DNA of 63,981 bases, filler included, from Licmophora abbreviata (GCA_900291995.1; 16 parts of 16 records of this genome joined end to end with filler, not necessarily neighbours in it), one strand, 5' to 3'; positions 47,450 through 59,543 are shown, numbered from the whole stretch's first letter. Notes: generated from the sequence alone by a model not told the origin. A program made the numbers and translations.

Positions 47450-48301
47450 ATGCTCAGCTTTCGATCCCCAGACAAGAGAAGCAAGCTCAAGTTTCCTTCT
47501 TTGTCTACTCCGAGGCGGGAAGTCTTCAGTCCCAGGAACGATCTGCAGCTCTCTGGGGCTTCGGAGAGAACCATGCGCTCTCCTTTCTCTCGAGCTGGTC
47601 GTCACTCCAAGCTTTCGAGCAGTGTCAAGAAGATTCTCGACAACCTCTCAGGTAGCTTCAAGTCTTCTCACGCCGCCTCTTCCATGCATCTGGTCGTAGA
47701 CACGAGACTCCGAGAGCTCGGATACGATCCGTTGCTTTTCGACAGTCCCGCGAAACTCAAGATGTACCTCGGTCAAGACGAGCCGGCCGGTGATGGTCAT
47801 GATCTTCTTTGCAAGTACCCCAGGCATCAACCTTCTCGCGACGATGATGTCACCGATGACAATAGTTCAACTCGTGCCTTGGGATTCTCGTCCTCATTGG
47901 AAAAGTATCGTGGTATCGTTGATCCTACGAAGCACTTTGACAATGAGTCCGACAGCATGCCTTCTGACTTTGATTCGCTTTCCGCTAGCGGCTCACTGAC
48001 TGTTGAAAACTTCTCATACGTGCACGCCACAGGTTCTGTCGAGTCTGACAAGGCCGTGATTTATCCGAAGCATTACCGTCGTCCAATGGATGACTCCGAA
48101 GACGGATCAAACGCGTCGTCCATCGACAGAAGTGGCTGGAAACGCTACGACGAGGTGCTGGACTGGATTATCGACACAGATTTGGACAAGATGAAAGGGG
48201 TTCCTGATCACAAGGATGACCAGGTCGAGAATCTTCCCGAAAATTTTCCCAAGAAGGATGTTGATAAGAGTCTACCCACGGACCATGATGATTCTTGTTG
48301 A
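47450..48301 (+). CDS. Hypothetical low-complexity protein
   Basis: Open 283-codon frame, S/D-rich, no recognised domain. Confidence 0.55.
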   Translation: MLSFRSPDKRSKLKFPSLSTPRREVFSPRNDLQLSGASERTMRSPFSRAGRHSKLSSSVKKILDNLSGSFKSSHAASSMHLVVDTRLRELGYDPLLFDSPAKLKMYLGQDEPAGDGHDLLCKYPRHQPSRDDDVTDDNSSTRALGFSSSLEKYRGIVDPTKHFDNESDSMPSDFDSLSASGSLTVENFSYVHATGSVESDKAVIYPKHYRRPMDDSEDGSNASSIDRSGWKRYDEVLDWIIDTDLDKMKGVPDHKDDQVENLPENFPKKDVDKSLPTDHDDSC

Positions 48302-48496
48302 GCGCGGCAGCGGGTTCGAGACGGATGCGACAAGGATGATCAGCGGAGAGAAAGAAATAGCCCTAATGTGGCCCACGAGTGATTGATAAGATCGTTGAGT
48401 ACCGGTTACCCTTTAGCTTAAAATTCGTTGATTGCAGGGGCGGCCAACCGTTCCCCTCTACTGGCTAGTGTGTCCTACCGGTAGTGCATACCAACA

Positions 48497-49231
48497 CTAG
48501 TGCCCCAAATTGGCACCTGGATCTGTCGCAACACATACTATTCCCGCAACTACCAATGCAACCCCCAACCAGCCTCGAGGAGTCATGCGTTCCTTTAGCA
48601 GTGAGGCACCCAAGATGGACCCAAAGACGACAGACCCACCAATCATGACGGGGATCGATTGAGAAGCGGGAACCCCAATGGATGAGACGTAGAACGATAC
48701 GAGCTCCGCCGCACCTACCGCGAGCCCCGCAAAGATAGACCATAGTAGACCCTTTGAGTCGAAGTTGAGTTTGGTAGTACGAGATGAGACTCCCAGCGAC
48801 ACAGATCCCAACAATACAGCGACAAGCTGCAAGACGAAGCCTCCAAGGATGGGATGAATGGAAGAGGATGAGAGTTTGATGCCTATCGAATACAGCGCCA
48901 TGAGTATGGCGGAAGACAAGGCGGGGCCAATCCAGTGAAGGAGTGTCGGAGGGACAGACTGAGCACCGCCTCGGGTGACCAGAAAGCGAGCTGTAGTGCT
49001 TGCAGTAGGGATGGATCGTTGGGAATAGTGATGATGGATCGGATCCGTGTGGTACTGTGGCGGTAGTCGCGGGGAGTTCAACCGCCGCTGCCGTGCAAAA
49101 GAGCCTTTGAAGGGACCCTGCCACAGTCGCTTGGTGCGTTTCGGCACTACTAAGGCACAATTCTGTCCATATTGGCTTGAGAAGGCCTGTACGGGAAGAA
49201 AGAGCGGCAGAAAGACAAGCAGTTTCATCAT
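48497..49231 (-). CDS. EamA/DMT-family half transporter with bipartite plastid-type presequence
   Basis: Signal peptide ending VQA-F, R/S-rich transit region, 5 TMs, ASQSIPV and LLKERMT..WLG. Confidence 0.75.
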   Translation of the reverse strand: MMKLLVFLPLFLPVQAFSSQYGQNCALVVPKRTKRLWQGPFKGSFARQRRLNSPRLPPQYHTDPIHHHYSQRSIPTASTTARFLVTRGGAQSVPPTLLHWIGPALSSAILMALYSIGIKLSSSSIHPILGGFVLQLVAVLLGSVSLGVSSRTTKLNFDSKGLLWSIFAGLAVGAAELVSFYVSSIGVPASQSIPVMIGGSVVFGSILGASLLKERMTPRGWLGVALVVAGIVCVATDPGANLGH

Positions 49232-49768
49232 GGTCGTTGTGATGTGAACGAGGGTGTCAGCCTGAAAAAAGGCACAAGGCCGCTCACATCACAGCGCGCC
49301 AAAACTTGCGAGGTCTCGGTCTGATGAGACGAGCTCACATTGTTTTCAAAAGTTTAGTGATGATGCGATGATGCCGATTTGGCTCGCTTCGAAGTTGTTT
49401 CCCTTACTCCTTGTCAACGATGCCGTGATGTCGGCCTCGTGTGCTGCTTCGTCTGTAATCGAGCCATACGCCGCTGGGGATATCCTTCCTTTTCTCCTTC
49501 CTCCGCTGGAGTGCGTTGTCGAATGAATGCCTCTTCCGAGGAGATTGTCGTTCGTTTTGCCTGTTGAAAAGCAATGTCCCAATGCTATCATACCCAATGC
49601 TGTTGACACTTCCTTCACGCTGATAGGGTGCGGGTTCATGAGTGCGAGCTCTGAGCTGCGGTATCTTTGTCCACTCTATTTCGCGCGCCTTTTTTTTGGA
49701 GGCACACCGGTTTTTTGGTTTTTTGCAATCATCAGCGACCCCCAAACCTGTTCATACTTACTGGGAGC

Positions 49769-51547
49769 ATGTCGATACAACGTCGACGACGACTTGGCTC
49801 CTCTTCGTCCGACACTGCTATGTCGTCCTGTCGTCCCCCGCCCGGAACCACCTATTTGACGATCGGGCAGGATCTATTCAGCATTCAACAGTACATTCAA
49901 GAACAGTACAATGCCAGTCTTCATCACTCAACTAGTATTCCTAGTAGTCCTCCTCCCACTATGGCAGACTTTGCTCCCGCGGCAGTCATGGCCTACACGG
50001 ACATTCATCAACTGCGGGGCCTTGACACGCCTGCTGACTATGGATCCGGCGTTGAGTATGTCGATGGACTCTTTGATTCTCTCTTTGTGAATCAAGGAGT
50101 AGGACTGCAGGTGAGTCTACCACAGTGCAACAGAAGTGTTCGATCTTTACAATGTTCTCTGTCTTTCGTCGCATGACTGATTGGCGTGCCATCATTTACG
50201 CATTCGACTTTCTCTCCTTAGCTCGCACTGTGGCTCAATGGCACCTCGGGATGTCGACAGATCCAGGAAGGCTTCTTGGATGACAGAATCAAGGCTCTCT
50301 TTTCCTATTTGGAGACCTGTCGAGCTGCCAAGGTCTTTCTGCGAGTGGGCTATGGTGCGTGCGGAGCCACGACCAGAGCAGTGTCTTTGCTTTCTTCCGA
50401 CGGAGTGATGCGTACCGAGAATCCTTCTTTCGACTCATCATTATCATCATTGGCACTTTTTCATTTTTACCAGAATTCGACAATCCATCCTTTGGCTATT
50501 CCAGTCATCCTTCCTCCTTTGTACAAGCCTTTCGTAAGATTGTAAATGACTGTACGACTGCATCTTCATGGGACTGTCGTGACAAGGTCAAGTTTGTCTG
50601 GCACTCGTGGGGTGCTTCGAGCGATATTGATTTATCTGTCTTTTATCCTGGCAATGATGCAGTGGATTGGGTGGGAGTGTCCATATTTCAACAAGTGTAT
50701 CCGTGGGCGTCGTCCAGTAGTGGAGGAGGTCGTCTGCAGGAGGTGGAAGCTGTATTGGACTTTGCCGTAGAGCACGACAAGGTGCGAATGCCATGAATCA
50801 AGGACACTTGCTCGTGTGAACACAGCCTTTGCCGTTACTCATCGAGTTGGTTGCTCAATCTCATCGCACCAGCCAATCATGATTGCCGAATCGACTCCCT
50901 TTGGTGGTATCGACATGGAAACTGCCAATCTCACTTGGAACAAGCCTTCTCGGACCGATCCCTGGCAACGATGGTTTCAACCTGTTCTGAACTTGATTGA
51001 CCGGTATGATATTGGAATGTGGTCCTACATTAATTGCGATTGGGACTCGCAGCCGATGTGGCGTGGTATAGGATTTGGGGAAACGAGACTCTCTTCCGAT
51101 GAATACGTCATGGAGCAGTGGCGAGCGCAAGTGTTGCATGGCTTGAACCGGCCATTTCTTCAATCAGGGACTCTCGTGGATTGCTCCTCCACGAATGTGC
51201 CCCTCTTGCCTCGGCTCTCAAAATCACCTTTTGTCGACCTGGAAAGCAACGTCACTCTTACTAAGGCTTATCAAGAGCAAACTGTGCTAGGACTTGTGCG
51301 ACAGCACGAGGTGGGACCTTTTGCCTATACCGCAATAGGTCTGATTGTATTGATGGTGGGTGTATTTGCTGCGTTGGGCTCCGTGGTGCTACGGAGATAC
51401 AGGAGCAGTAGTCCGCCGGCGAAATCTCTCACTTCATGCGGTGAATACGGAGCGCTATCGAACCCCAAAGGCTCTAACGAGATGGCCACTGAAGAGGAAC
51501 CGGGTAGCAGACTACCGCAAGGCGAAAATATGAACATATCATTATAG
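49769..51547 (+). CDS. GH26-like glycoside hydrolase with C-terminal TM; introns 50111-50221, 50355-50473, 50782-50872; start uncertain
   Basis: Spliced product has TIGQDL, FLRVGY|EFDN, FVWHSW, FYPGNDAVDWVGVS, K|PIMIAESTP, WSYIN. Confidence 0.8.
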
Positions 51548-51623
51548 ATTTATGTTAATAAACGACCACAAGGTCAATCCCTTTCCTTGAATACTCTTGC
51601 GAATTGATCTCCTCATTTTCAAC

Positions 51624-53483
51624 TCACTCTCCACAGAAAGCCATGCCCGTAATCTTGAATGTCGAGCCCCCAATAAGCCGAAAGTCGAGCTGGAGTGAGC
51701 TACCACGCTGGTAGATTTTTGGTAGCTTGAACTTGTGGGGGAGAATCACCGATGTTTCTACCTCGTGCATTCCAGAAATCTCAAACGTAGACGGCTCCGC
51801 TTCCGGTTGGGCGGCATCTCGGACAATCATGCTAAGGCGACTGTCTTCCCACTTTTCGCCATACGATACCATAGACAGTATGTTGATCACTCCCACATCT
51901 GCGGTTACATTCGACAGTCGCATACTAAAAGCCGCGTTGGAACGTTGCGCCACCCAGCCATGCTTTCCCTTGTAGCTCTTTCCTTCGGCCCTCCAATCTT
52001 TGCTCTGCAGGAGCAGGGGGTTCAGTTTTTCTTGAATAGCGTCTGCTGTTGGACAGTCGGATAGTCGATTGGCAACCCAGGTAAAGGCACAGTGGAGCGA
52101 TGCAGTCGAGTTTGATCCTTCCGCAGCCTGGCACTTTGAGTTTCGATTTTTAGTCTCCGTGATCCACAAATTTGGAATATCCTCAGTTTTCAGGTCCAAC
52201 GTCAGAGGAGGGCGCGGTCCCTTGGGGATTCTTGGCAATGCGAATTTCTCAGTGGAGTCTTCCGGCTGCTTTCCATCGTCTGCTGCACATGTGTCCATTG
52301 CTAGAGTCAACATATTGTAGGCCACGGTCCATGCCATTGTGGTATGAAAAGCCATGCCGGGGTGTGCTTCGCCTCCAACATAATGCTTTCGTGGCCTCCA
52401 TTCCCACTTTCCCTTGACGTTGCCATCGTGCCAGCTTGCATAGACAAAGTCGGAAAAGGAGCGATGGTAATCGATCAACCATGCATTCGGGTGATACCAT
52501 TCGACAAGAGTGTATAAATCTTGGTGAAAGGACAGCCACTCGGTCAGATTGCCCGGCCACAAATTGAAGTCGTCCACTACCATCAAGAGCGGCTTTGTCG
52601 TACAAGATTGACGTTTTTGTACCTGCCGTAGCAGCGACTGCATCTTGTCAATCACGTCTTGTTGAGAAGACGCGTCCCCTGACACAATCGCCAAGGCATC
52701 GTTGGTGGCGAACGCTGAGACAATCACGTCGGGTCCCCCGTTTTCTAGTATGTCCTGTGGCCAGAGGTCGTACTCCACAACAGTGGCACCAACATCACTC
52801 GTGGTGGCGGCCATTGCCAAGTTCGTAACATTCACCATCTCAAAGCCAACAAGAGCGTTCACGATGGATTCAAGCCTGGACGGCCATGCGCAGTCGACCT
52901 GGCGTTGCAGAATGCCACCACTCGTAGGGAGCCCAATGGGATTCTCTTGACAGCCATGCCCTGCTGTAAGGGAGCCGCCCAGTACTACCACTTGGAGTGG
53001 GCGTGTAGTCGCCTGAGGATTCTTCCATCGTTCGTGAAGAATGGCTTGAATGGACTGAAGCAAATCCCGCGATGGAAAGGTACTGGGCTGTACCGAGCGC
53101 AAAAGTCTCCGCGACGACGCCTGCGACAAGAGATATCGCATCCAACGCCGGTACTCGGCCCACTGGTCCTTATTGTCTTCGACTTCTGTTCTTCGGAGCG
53201 TAGCGTTAAGGATGTCTGCTTCGTACAGATTCCAAACGGAAGACGGCGAGAGGAAATGCGACAAGTCATTCTGCGTGGTGGCACGTGTCGAGATGGATTC
53301 GTGAAGACAGGAACACAGCGATGGGCATGGCTTGTTCGGCACAGTGAAATGTGCAAGATAAGGGTCTAAAGAACTGGCTATGGAGTTCGAAGCTTGGTAA
53401 AAGAAAAGCCAGTGCAGCAAGGTAATGTACGGGACGACAAGCAGTGCTGCCACCGCAATCCAAGGCCACACTCGTCGACTCAT
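51624..53483 (-). CDS. Type II membrane SGNH/GDSL-like hydrolase
   Basis: TM, VLGGSLTAGHGC, VTNLA, FATND, HP block. Confidence 0.7.
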   Translation of the reverse strand: MSRRVWPWIAVAALLVVPYITLLHWLFFYQASNSIASSLDPYLAHFTVPNKPCPSLCSCLHESISTRATTQNDLSHFLSPSSVWNLYEADILNATLRRTEVEDNKDQWAEYRRWMRYLLSQASSRRLLRSVQPSTFPSRDLLQSIQAILHERWKNPQATTRPLQVVVLGGSLTAGHGCQENPIGLPTSGGILQRQVDCAWPSRLESIVNALVGFEMVNVTNLAMAATTSDVGATVVEYDLWPQDILENGGPDVIVSAFATNDALAIVSGDASSQQDVIDKMQSLLRQVQKRQSCTTKPLLMVVDDFNLWPGNLTEWLSFHQDLYTLVEWYHPNAWLIDYHRSFSDFVYASWHDGNVKGKWEWRPRKHYVGGEAHPGMAFHTTMAWTVAYNMLTLAMDTCAADDGKQPEDSTEKFALPRIPKGPRPPLTLDLKTEDIPNLWITETKNRNSKCQAAEGSNSTASLHCAFTWVANRLSDCPTADAIQEKLNPLLLQSKDWRAEGKSYKGKHGWVAQRSNAAFSMRLSNVTADVGVINILSMVSYGEKWEDSRLSMIVRDAAQPEAEPSTFEISGMHEVETSVILPHKFKLPKIYQRGSSLQLDFRLIGGSTFKITGMAFCGE

Positions 53484-53897
53484 TTTAGGTCGTTGATGGA
53501 GGTTCCTTTTCGCTCGAACGGATCTCTCTCGATAAATTCACATAGAAGGAGTGAAGTGGACCTTCGGGGAGCGTTACCAGTCCTTGCAGACGGCACAAAA
53601 GCACAATGACTAGACCATATGCCATCGTCATCAAACTTGAAACTATTTCACGGACGGGCCAACGGACGCGTGAACCTCTAAGTCGTGACTGGAAGGGAAG
53701 CGTGACTGGACTAACTCAAGCCATTCATGAGAGAGACGAGACTCGGATACGACTACTCGTACTCGTATGATAGAAGGATGAAGCCCAAAGCGTTGAANNN
53801 NNNNNNNNNNNNNNNNNNNNNNNNNNNNNNNNNNNNNNNNNTTAATTAATTAANNNNNNNNNNNNNNNNNNNNNNNNNNNNNNNNNNNNNNNNNNNN

Positions 53898-55163
53898 GGA
53901 CGGCCTAGGCCGATTCGTCAGATCAGCCAGCGTCTGCTTGTACTCTTCCGTCTGGTTTTGGTAAGTTTCCTGTAAAGCCTTATTGTAGGCATCTTCAAGA
54001 ACTTTGTACTGTGGCAAGAGCCTTGTCAATGTGTTCCATGCCGTGTCATCCCGCTGTGATCCCTCGAAAATACTGCGATCCTGGAGAGACTGACAATCGG
54101 TCGGTGTTTTGCACAGGAAACGCGACTGAATCTCTTCAAGGCTTTTGGTATAGTAGTGATGTAGTGCAACTGGTGCTTCCGTGGCATTTTCAACGCAACA
54201 GAGATGCTCGATCTTGCCGCTTCCAAAGTGCCGACGTGCATATTTCTCTCGTCTGGTTGTCCTGCCAGTGTGTATCATCATTTTCTCTAGATCCTGTAGT
54301 CGAATCACCATCTTGGTGGCCTTATTGAACCCCGGTACCCGATATTGAAAGCGTTGTAGCACAGGAAAGTCAAGAAACTTGGCGTGTTGGCCGGTACCGA
54401 ACATTATCCAGTTGATTTGTATGGCTCCATCTGGCACGTGCTCTTTCAAAAAGTCCACCACACTTGGGTTCGGATGCTGACAATCTTTTGGTGCAGCTCC
54501 ACAAGGCTGATCGTACAGCACCATGAACTCGTCCACGTCAAAGAATGCCACCCAATAGGGCGGGTTGGCTTGCTGTTTCAACATTGCTCCGCAGTCCCCA
54601 TTTTGATTCATGTGCCAGTGAGGATGCTTTCGTTCCGCCTCTGTCGTCAGATTCCTTAACATGGTCGCTGTATGGTTCGGTGTGCTGTACACATGCACTC
54701 GATTGGAACGCGTACCATTCCAGCTGCTTAGCGTACTCTGAGGGGAGTTGTCCGAGATGTAGATGTCAGAAAATCCCAATGCCAAGTGATAGTCTAACCA
54801 CTCGCTCACGTATCGGTGCTCACTGTTGATGGAAGTGCACAGTGCGACACGATGTTTCTCGTCGTAGTCAACCGATGGAAACTCGATTGGATCGAGAAGC
54901 GTTCGATAGCTTGGCTCATGGGAAGGCACTGGCACACTCCAAGATGACAGCTCTAGGTGATTCATTCGCTCCAGGAAAGGCCGAAAGGTCGTTCGCAACA
55001 CGATCGTTTGGAAACAGAACACGAAAAGACAAAACAAAGCCAACATGAGCTGACCGGGCTTCATTTTTTTCGAAGGGAGGGACGATTGCTTTGGCGACAT
55101 GTTGGTATCTCTGCGACAAGTAGACAATGGCGGTGGGCGACCAGAGTCCACGAAGAGTGTCAT
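53898..55163 (-). CDS. GT92/DUF23-like glycosyltransferase (3' end in gap)
   Basis: TM; EWLDYHLALGF.DIYISDN, WVAFFDVDEF, INWIMFG, LHHYYTKS.EE. Confidence 0.8.
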
Positions 55164-55357
55164 TCAAGCGAAGAGATCGGTGATGACTGTGACTGATGAG
55201 TGCGTCGAAGGGCATATTGGTTTTGAATCGTGTTCTCTGACGTTCTGAGTCGTCGTTTATCTTACTCGTGACCTGACTGCCAACGATCGGCACAACCAAC
55301 ACAAACATTTCAAGTGCATGGCTAACACTAGTCTACAGCACTACACCCACAACGAAA

Positions 55358-56592
55358 TCATGGCTTCAATCCAAAGCCTTTCACTTCCATCGGGGCATTG
55401 ATCCCCTTGAGCGAGAGCTGCTCGACGCGTGTGTGGACGAAGCGACCGTCATCAAGAAGTTTTTCGAATGCCTCGCTGGCGGCAGGCTCTTCCAGCACTG
55501 AAGCACTCACCAGACACTCCGATGCGTGTGCTTTTCCTTCGATTCTCGCTGCTGTGTTCACCACGGAGCCAAAATAGTCGTTGATGCCGTTGAGAGGGAC
55601 CATAAGAGCAGAGACTCCGTGGATTCCCACCCGAATCTGAAGCGGTGTTCCATCGGGAAGCTTGCACTTGTTGTTGAGCTCGTCCAGGGCTTCTGCGACA
55701 GCGGTGATGGCAGCATCCCCGGTAGTAAACGCGGCCATGACAGCGTCTCCGACTGTCTTGACCAGCCGCGCAGATGTGGCGAACATCGACGAAAAGAATC
55801 CNNNNNNNNNNNNNNNNNNNNNNNNNNNNNNNNNNNNNNNNNNNNTTAATTAATTAANNNNNNNNNNNNNNNNNNNNNNNNNNNNNNNNNNNNNNNNNNN
55901 NTCCGACTGTCTTGACCAGCCGCGCAGATGTGGCGAACATCGCGAAAAGAATCCGGAAATGGTTTTGCACGGCACCGAGCGCTTATTACATCACCGCAAG
56001 CTTCGTACAGTGCCGTGCTACCCACCACGTCCGTAAAGACGAGGATGACTCGTTTGATGGTCAATAGAGATGATTCGTTCACAACCTGAGGGCGAAATAA
56101 ACGCTGGAAGGATGGATGGTGAATGTACTGAGTTCCCGAAGCGTATGGAATGCGTTCTTCCTCGTCCACGCGTAGGAGAGCCTCCAGTCCAATGTCCTTC
56201 CAAATGAGGAAAAAGGTCGCTGTGCCGGTGTCACAAAGAACATCAAGCCGCACACGACCATGAGGAAGTGTCAAGACCTTTGTTGGGTTTCCCAGGTAAG
56301 ATCGTTCCCATTCAGAAACTCGAAGCAATTGGTACAATGGTTCGGTCCCCTCGGGAGACGTGCCTTCGACGATCAACTCGAGTTGGAACTTGGAGAACGG
56401 ACAGTAAAGCAAATAATGTCCTTGTTCCAGAGCAGGAGCGTTCGGGTCTTTGCCCCCAAATTCGTAACCGTAGCCAGAACGATTCAGGGTCGGATACGAC
56501 GCTCCAGAAAAGACGAGGTATGGAACCTTGCTCATGGCATATATAAAGGGGCAATCCCCGACTGTGACGGGGAAGTAGAGGACGTGCGATCA
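55358..56592 (-). pseudogene. Class III adenylate/guanylate cyclase, C-terminal part; +1 frameshift ~55984; spans linker; no 5' part
   Basis: VFTDVVGSTALYE, LVKTVGDAVMA, IRVGIH, DYFGSVVNTAARIEG. About 54 bp is duplicated on both sides of the gap. In-frame TGA at ~56593. Confidence 0.7.
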
Positions 56593-56930
56593 TGCATCAA
56601 GATGCCGCGGCCCACTGTTTCGACGTGCAAGAACGAACCATCTTGAGCAAGACAGACAACATGGCTACCATGTACTGGACCAGAAAAGGATCTGCCACGA
56701 CGACAGCCATCCACTCATGCAAGACTCCTCTGCATCCTGTCATATCACCCTCGATACCACCAATACCTCCCCCGGCACGACTACATCCCGGGCCCTTCAA
56801 ACCAGATGAGCGACGATGCATTGCGGCTCCAACACCTGTCTAAACGCGATTTCCTTGCCATTTCAATTCTCATTGCCCACAGAAAACATCTTGGCAACTC
56901 TGGACACCGACCAAGCAGCTGAGCTCTGCA
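56590..56930 (+). mobile_element. Degenerate DIRS/Ngaro-like retrotransposon RNase H fragment
   Basis: Frameshifted translation HQDAAAHCFDVQERTILSKTDNMATMYWTRKGSATTT / LLCILSYHPRYHQYLPRHDYIPGPSNQMSDDALRL / FNSHCPQKTSWQLWTP fits the TDN...KGS...YIPG..N..AD..SR RNase H pattern. Confidence 0.65.
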
Positions 56931-57056
56931 CCGATTACTTTGCTCGATCCGGTGTTNNNNNNNNNNNNNNNNNNNNNNNNNNNNNNNNNNNNNNNNNNNN
57001 TTAATTAATTAANNNNNNNNNNNNNNNNNNNNNNNNNNNNNNNNNNNNNNNNNNNN

Positions 57057-57920
57057 GAAGATACGAAAGCTTCCAGACGATGGCGACTTTCGATAGTCTT
57101 GGATAATGCTTCCCACCGCCCTTGTCAGATCCGACAACCACAGAAAGCTTCTTGCCGTCTCACCATGTGTCATCTTGAGGACCCCTGTAGAGTAAGCGCT
57201 CCTGAAAAGCGCTGGAACGGCCAAATCAACTCGCTGGCCCGGTGAAACTCCGATGACCGTTCCGAATCGGAGGGCCACAATATCGGGCCCTTGAGCGTCT
57301 TGTTTCGAGAACTCGGCGAGTGCTTTCTCCCTCTGGTACATTGCCATACTGTACACATCCAAGAGCTCTTCGTGAATAGGCCCAGTCTCATTGTGAGGAA
57401 CGAAGCCACTTCCTTCGGTGACGGCTGACGTCGAAGCAGCAATAAGTTGTTGGCCAGCCTCCATATTTCTTGCCAGGTGAAGTACGCTTTCGATCATTTC
57501 CAGCCTGACTTCTTGGTCACTCAGTGTCTCGCAAGCCCTTCTCTGCGTGCACCCACCAAGAAAAATGACATGCTTGAATTTTCTTAGATCTTTACGAGTC
57601 GCTTTTTGGCTGGAAAGACGATGAATGCTCATTCCTGAAAGTCTCGGATCTCGATCGTATCCCACAACTTCGTAACCCTGGCTTTCAAGGTCTTTCATTA
57701 GTTGCGAGCCAATATTGCCACCGGCACCGAAAATGGCAACTCCGCTTCGTGTGATAGCTTGCACATTACCAGTCCCTGGTCGCAGGTAATAATTGTATTT
57801 GCTAGCGTATTCAATGGATTGTAAATGAAGAAAAGTACTCAACATCAAGGGGACGGCAAGCCCTATACAAATCCATCGTGTCCGAAACAAGACATGACCA
57901 ATGAGACGACTTCGGCTCAT
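57057..57920 (-). CDS. Membrane-anchored NAD-dependent epimerase/dehydratase (extended SDR); 3' end in gap
   Basis: N-terminal TM, FGAGGNIGS, ASTSAV, LRFGTVIG.SP, RSFLWLSDL. Confidence 0.8.
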
Positions 57921-58361
57921 TTTCAGTCAAGCAGATGGGGACAAAGGCTATCGTCGAAGTAGCTGTGTGGAAAAGAGTGAAAGGTGAACAGAAGAGATGT
58001 ACCCGTGTTTACACAGGCAACACCACACCACCTCAATTTGGAATGCGTGACTTTGGAATGCGTGACCACGACCTTCGTTTCACGTGTGTCTTTTCGAAAC
58101 CTCATACAAGATGCTCGGTAATCCTGCCATAAATGAGGCTTCTCAGAGTGAGACATATCGTGTTATCGGTCAGTCCAGAGTGTCTCACAACGAGTGCATT
58201 GATGAATCACGAGCGAGCGAGAGAGCGAAAGGTGGCGCGAAGACGATGTAAAAAAACAAGAGGACAGAAGACAAGACCGACACGTCGAGATCGAGATGTC
58301 ACATCATGTTGAATGTCCCGCAGAGCCTCGCCGCTGCTCTCCTTGAAACACCATCACTACG

Positions 58362-58934
58362 ATGAGCGATCTGGAGACGTCAGATTCGTTCTCTTCCCAT
58401 GATCAGCCTTCTCTTCCCAGCAGAAGAAAGGCTCGAGGGCAAAAATTGACTGCAGCAGCGAAGCGTGCCGGTGCAACGGTCAAGAAGATCAACCGAAGAA
58501 TCAATCCGGCAGCATGGATCCATCAGCTCGAGAACGACCAGGGTTTGGCTGATCATCTTGATCAGATCAACACTGACAATACGGAGGATAACGAGAGAAG
58601 AGACATGAGGCGTGCAGCAGAAGAGGCGTGCTTTTCCGCGATTCAAACTCATTTAGGACATTTTCTAGAAACCAATCCGCATTCCACGTACGAGCAATGG
58701 ATCGAAGAGCTTCACCCCGAGAACGTTACGGTCAAGAGCGGACAAAAGTTCATCGACCACCGTTTTTACGTCAAGGACAGCGATCATCGAACTCTCTGGA
58801 ACAAGCACATTGTGGATACATCGACGGGAACAGCGACCCGACCATTCGTTCCTTCTATGAGCATTGTCGACAATGATGGGGACTTGATAGGCACGTCTGG
58901 TGTCGCCGTTCCAGATGTGAAGAATTGGTCTTGA
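58362..58934 (+). CDS. Hypothetical protein
   Basis: 190-aa ORF with a globular-looking core (TYEQWIEELHPEN...IDHRFYVKDSDHR.LWN). Confidence 0.65.
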   Translation: MSDLETSDSFSSHDQPSLPSRRKARGQKLTAAAKRAGATVKKINRRINPAAWIHQLENDQGLADHLDQINTDNTEDNERRDMRRAAEEACFSAIQTHLGHFLETNPHSTYEQWIEELHPENVTVKSGQKFIDHRFYVKDSDHRTLWNKHIVDTSTGTATRPFVPSMSIVDNDGDLIGTSGVAVPDVKNWS

Positions 58935-59543
58935 CCACGCGCACATAACTCGAGCCGAGTCATCTCGTGACAGATGAAGGGTAACAGCGCCAGGAAATCG
59001 AAAGTTCTCGTGTGTCAATCGGCACGCACCTACCTGACTTGGCCTCCTGAGTAGTATCGATCCACCTGACTGGGCCTCCTCAGTGGCAACGATCGATTTC
59101 CGAAACTGAGATCGTTTCATCGAAGTTTGGATCAGAGTGAACCAGGTTACCCTCCTAGTTTAGTTTTTCTCATGTTTACCTAGGAGTTGCCCGGTCAACT
59201 GGCTACTTTTCCGTTAAAATATGAGTAGCTAAGAATGCTCGGTTGTACTGGTCACGTGTAAACTGGAACTCTCAGTTGGCAGTCCAGTGACCCGGTCACT
59301 GAGCTCACAAAAGTTGGGATGAACAGCGAAACACTACTCACCTGAGTCGAGTCACAATCGGGAGTACGACGCTCATGTCGTCCTGCAGAGCTCCCGGGCT
59401 TGCAGCTCCGGAGATCCACAGCTAGTCGTCATCGAAGGATTGCNNNNNNNNNNNNNNNNNNNNNNNNNNNNNNNNNNNNNNNNNNNNTTAATTAATTAAN
59501 NNNNNNNNNNNNNNNNNNNNNNNNNNNNNNNNNNNNNNNNNNN

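Noticed and set aside
58037..58066. Tandem 15-mer TTTGGAATGCGTGAC (similar doublet at ~32379)
   Set aside because: A two-copy slippage duplication with no support for function.
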